Shown here piece after piece: positions 62,901 to 64,000 of a stretch of 64,000 nucleotides of DNA. Every line of letters begins with the position of its first letter. Position 1 is the first letter of the stretch. The position numbers were made by a program, and so were the translations under genes. The stretch is from Hemiscyllium ocellatum (Eukaryota): assembly GCF_020745735.1 (NCBI RefSeq), contig NC_083401.1, positions 137,265,740-137,329,739 on the forward strand. Reading direction: 5' to 3'. Below the pieces are notes generated by a model. The model saw nothing but the letters and a program-made list of their open reading frames with translations. It searched no databases and was not told the DNA's origin.

Positions 62901-63159
62901 ATTCTTTGCAAACAATAGTGGAAAGTGCCAATTGTAACAGCAGCAATAAGAAGCCCTCCAGCACCCTGTAAGTAGTTGACTATCCACTGACAGAGTCCTG
63001 GTGGTGATAGCAGTAATGGCCTTCTTCCTTAAAGCTGTGTGCGCTTAAAAGGGATTGGTGCATTGGAATGACAGAGTTGATATCAAAGTAGTACTCCATG
63101 TTTCTTGACGTCATGATTTATCTGCTGTGCATAGTTACTGCACATGTTCACAGTATGTA

Positions 63160-63335
63160 CAGCAGAACCTCGATTATCCAAATGACACAGGCGGGGAGTA
63201 TTTTGTTTGGATACTCGAATGTTCGGATAATTGAATGCTGGATATCACAGTTTAGCCAAGCATCTGGACCTTACAGTCTTGTTCGGATAATCCGAAATGC
63301 AGATAATCGACGTTCGGATAATCGAGGTTCCTCCG
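63160..63335. mobile_element. Tigger/pogo-like MITE, 176 bp
   Basis: TA at 63158-63159 and 63336-63337. TIRs of about 23 bp (cagcagaacctcgattatccaaa / ttcggataatcgaggttcctccg) and internal ttcggataat subrepeats. Confidence 0.85.
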
Positions 63336-63874
63336 TAACACTAGTGCCAATGCCAAAGATTTTGCATCACAAGTGTGCACGTGGGTCCAAGTCCCATCCT
63401 GAACTCGGAGCAAACTCTTAACACCCTGTAACCGCTCTTGCTGAACTACGACATCAGCTAAATGCATTACATTCAGCAATGTAATCCTTAACATCTTTAT
63501 TCCAAGCTTTTTATGACCTGAACAGAATTAACGCCGTTATCAGAGATGCAAAGCAGATATCCAAGCAATTTTTTTTCCCCACTGACTATTTATTTCTATT
63601 GCTGGAAGAACTCAGAAAAAAAAACACTCCCTTTTATTTTTACAAACTCACATTTAGAACATTTGACTCTATTTAACAATAAGTAGTTGTTTGATGTGCT
63701 GCCAGTTTCCCAAATTGTAGGTTGAGAAGATGCACGCCTTATCATTTTGGTTTTCAGAAACGCTTGACCACGGTCCCTTTTGGGGTGTGATTGGTTTGGT
63801 GTGGTGAAAAGCGAACTGCAGTCCAGTAAAGAGTCTGTGTGTTCCTTACGGCATTGTAATTTAGTTGGTTTCAA

Positions 63875-63948
63875 GTGGCATCATGTTCGGCACAGACCAG
63901 GTGGGACGCTGGGTCTGTTCCTTTGCTGCATTGTTCTGTGTTCTTAAC
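63875..63948 (+). mobile_element. CR1-type 3' tail fragment
   Basis: ggcatcatgttcggcacagac...gggtctgttcc...tgttctgtgttct. Confidence 0.55.
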
Positions 63949-64000
63949 TGGTTGTCCGAACGTGGAAGTGGATGCATTCAATTTATAGCAGGCACTTGTC

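Noticed and set aside
61250-63100. GC-richer block with overlapping ORFs (61694-62374), possibly a decayed DNA transposon
   Set aside because: I could not identify catalytic motifs, TIRs or TSDs, so it is left unannotated.
58130-64000. Final prdm5 exon (and the preceding exon in 1-13400)
   Set aside because: No matching zinc-finger coding sequence was seen, so these exons presumably lie outside the window.
1-64000. CRISPR arrays, operons or other prokaryotic systems
   Set aside because: The sequence is vertebrate intronic DNA, with no regularly spaced repeat-spacer arrays or dense ORF clusters.

Overview
Eukaryotic, repeat-rich DNA (about 40% GC by eye) from a shark. The HE1 SINE / HER1-type CR1 LINE content points to an elasmobranch, probably a carpet or bamboo shark (inference). 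The window lies inside a + strand prdm5 gene. Only two C2H2 zinc-finger exons are present (13410-13495 and 58025-58129), separated by a 44.5-kb intron, and the rest is intron. The introns hold many HE1 SINEs, CR1/L2-type LINE fragments, a badly decayed and heavily nested Ty3/Gypsy element (about 20500-29200), a solo LTR, a Tigger-like MITE and DeuSINE-like remnants. Three things stand out. (1) Two sequence families of Penelope-like (GIY-YIG) element tails carry minimal hammerhead-ribozyme motifs and also occur as 86-180 bp stand-alone, TSD-flanked mini-insertions, palindromes and chimeras. (2) A young, full-length 1.7-kb ORF1-only L1 ('half-L1') has an intact ORF1, a YY1 motif and a perfect 16-bp TSD. 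(3) Several local templated duplications occur, one of them captured inside a Penelope-derived insertion. Repeat family names come from motif recognition, not database searches, and repeat boundaries are approximate unless TSDs are quoted.
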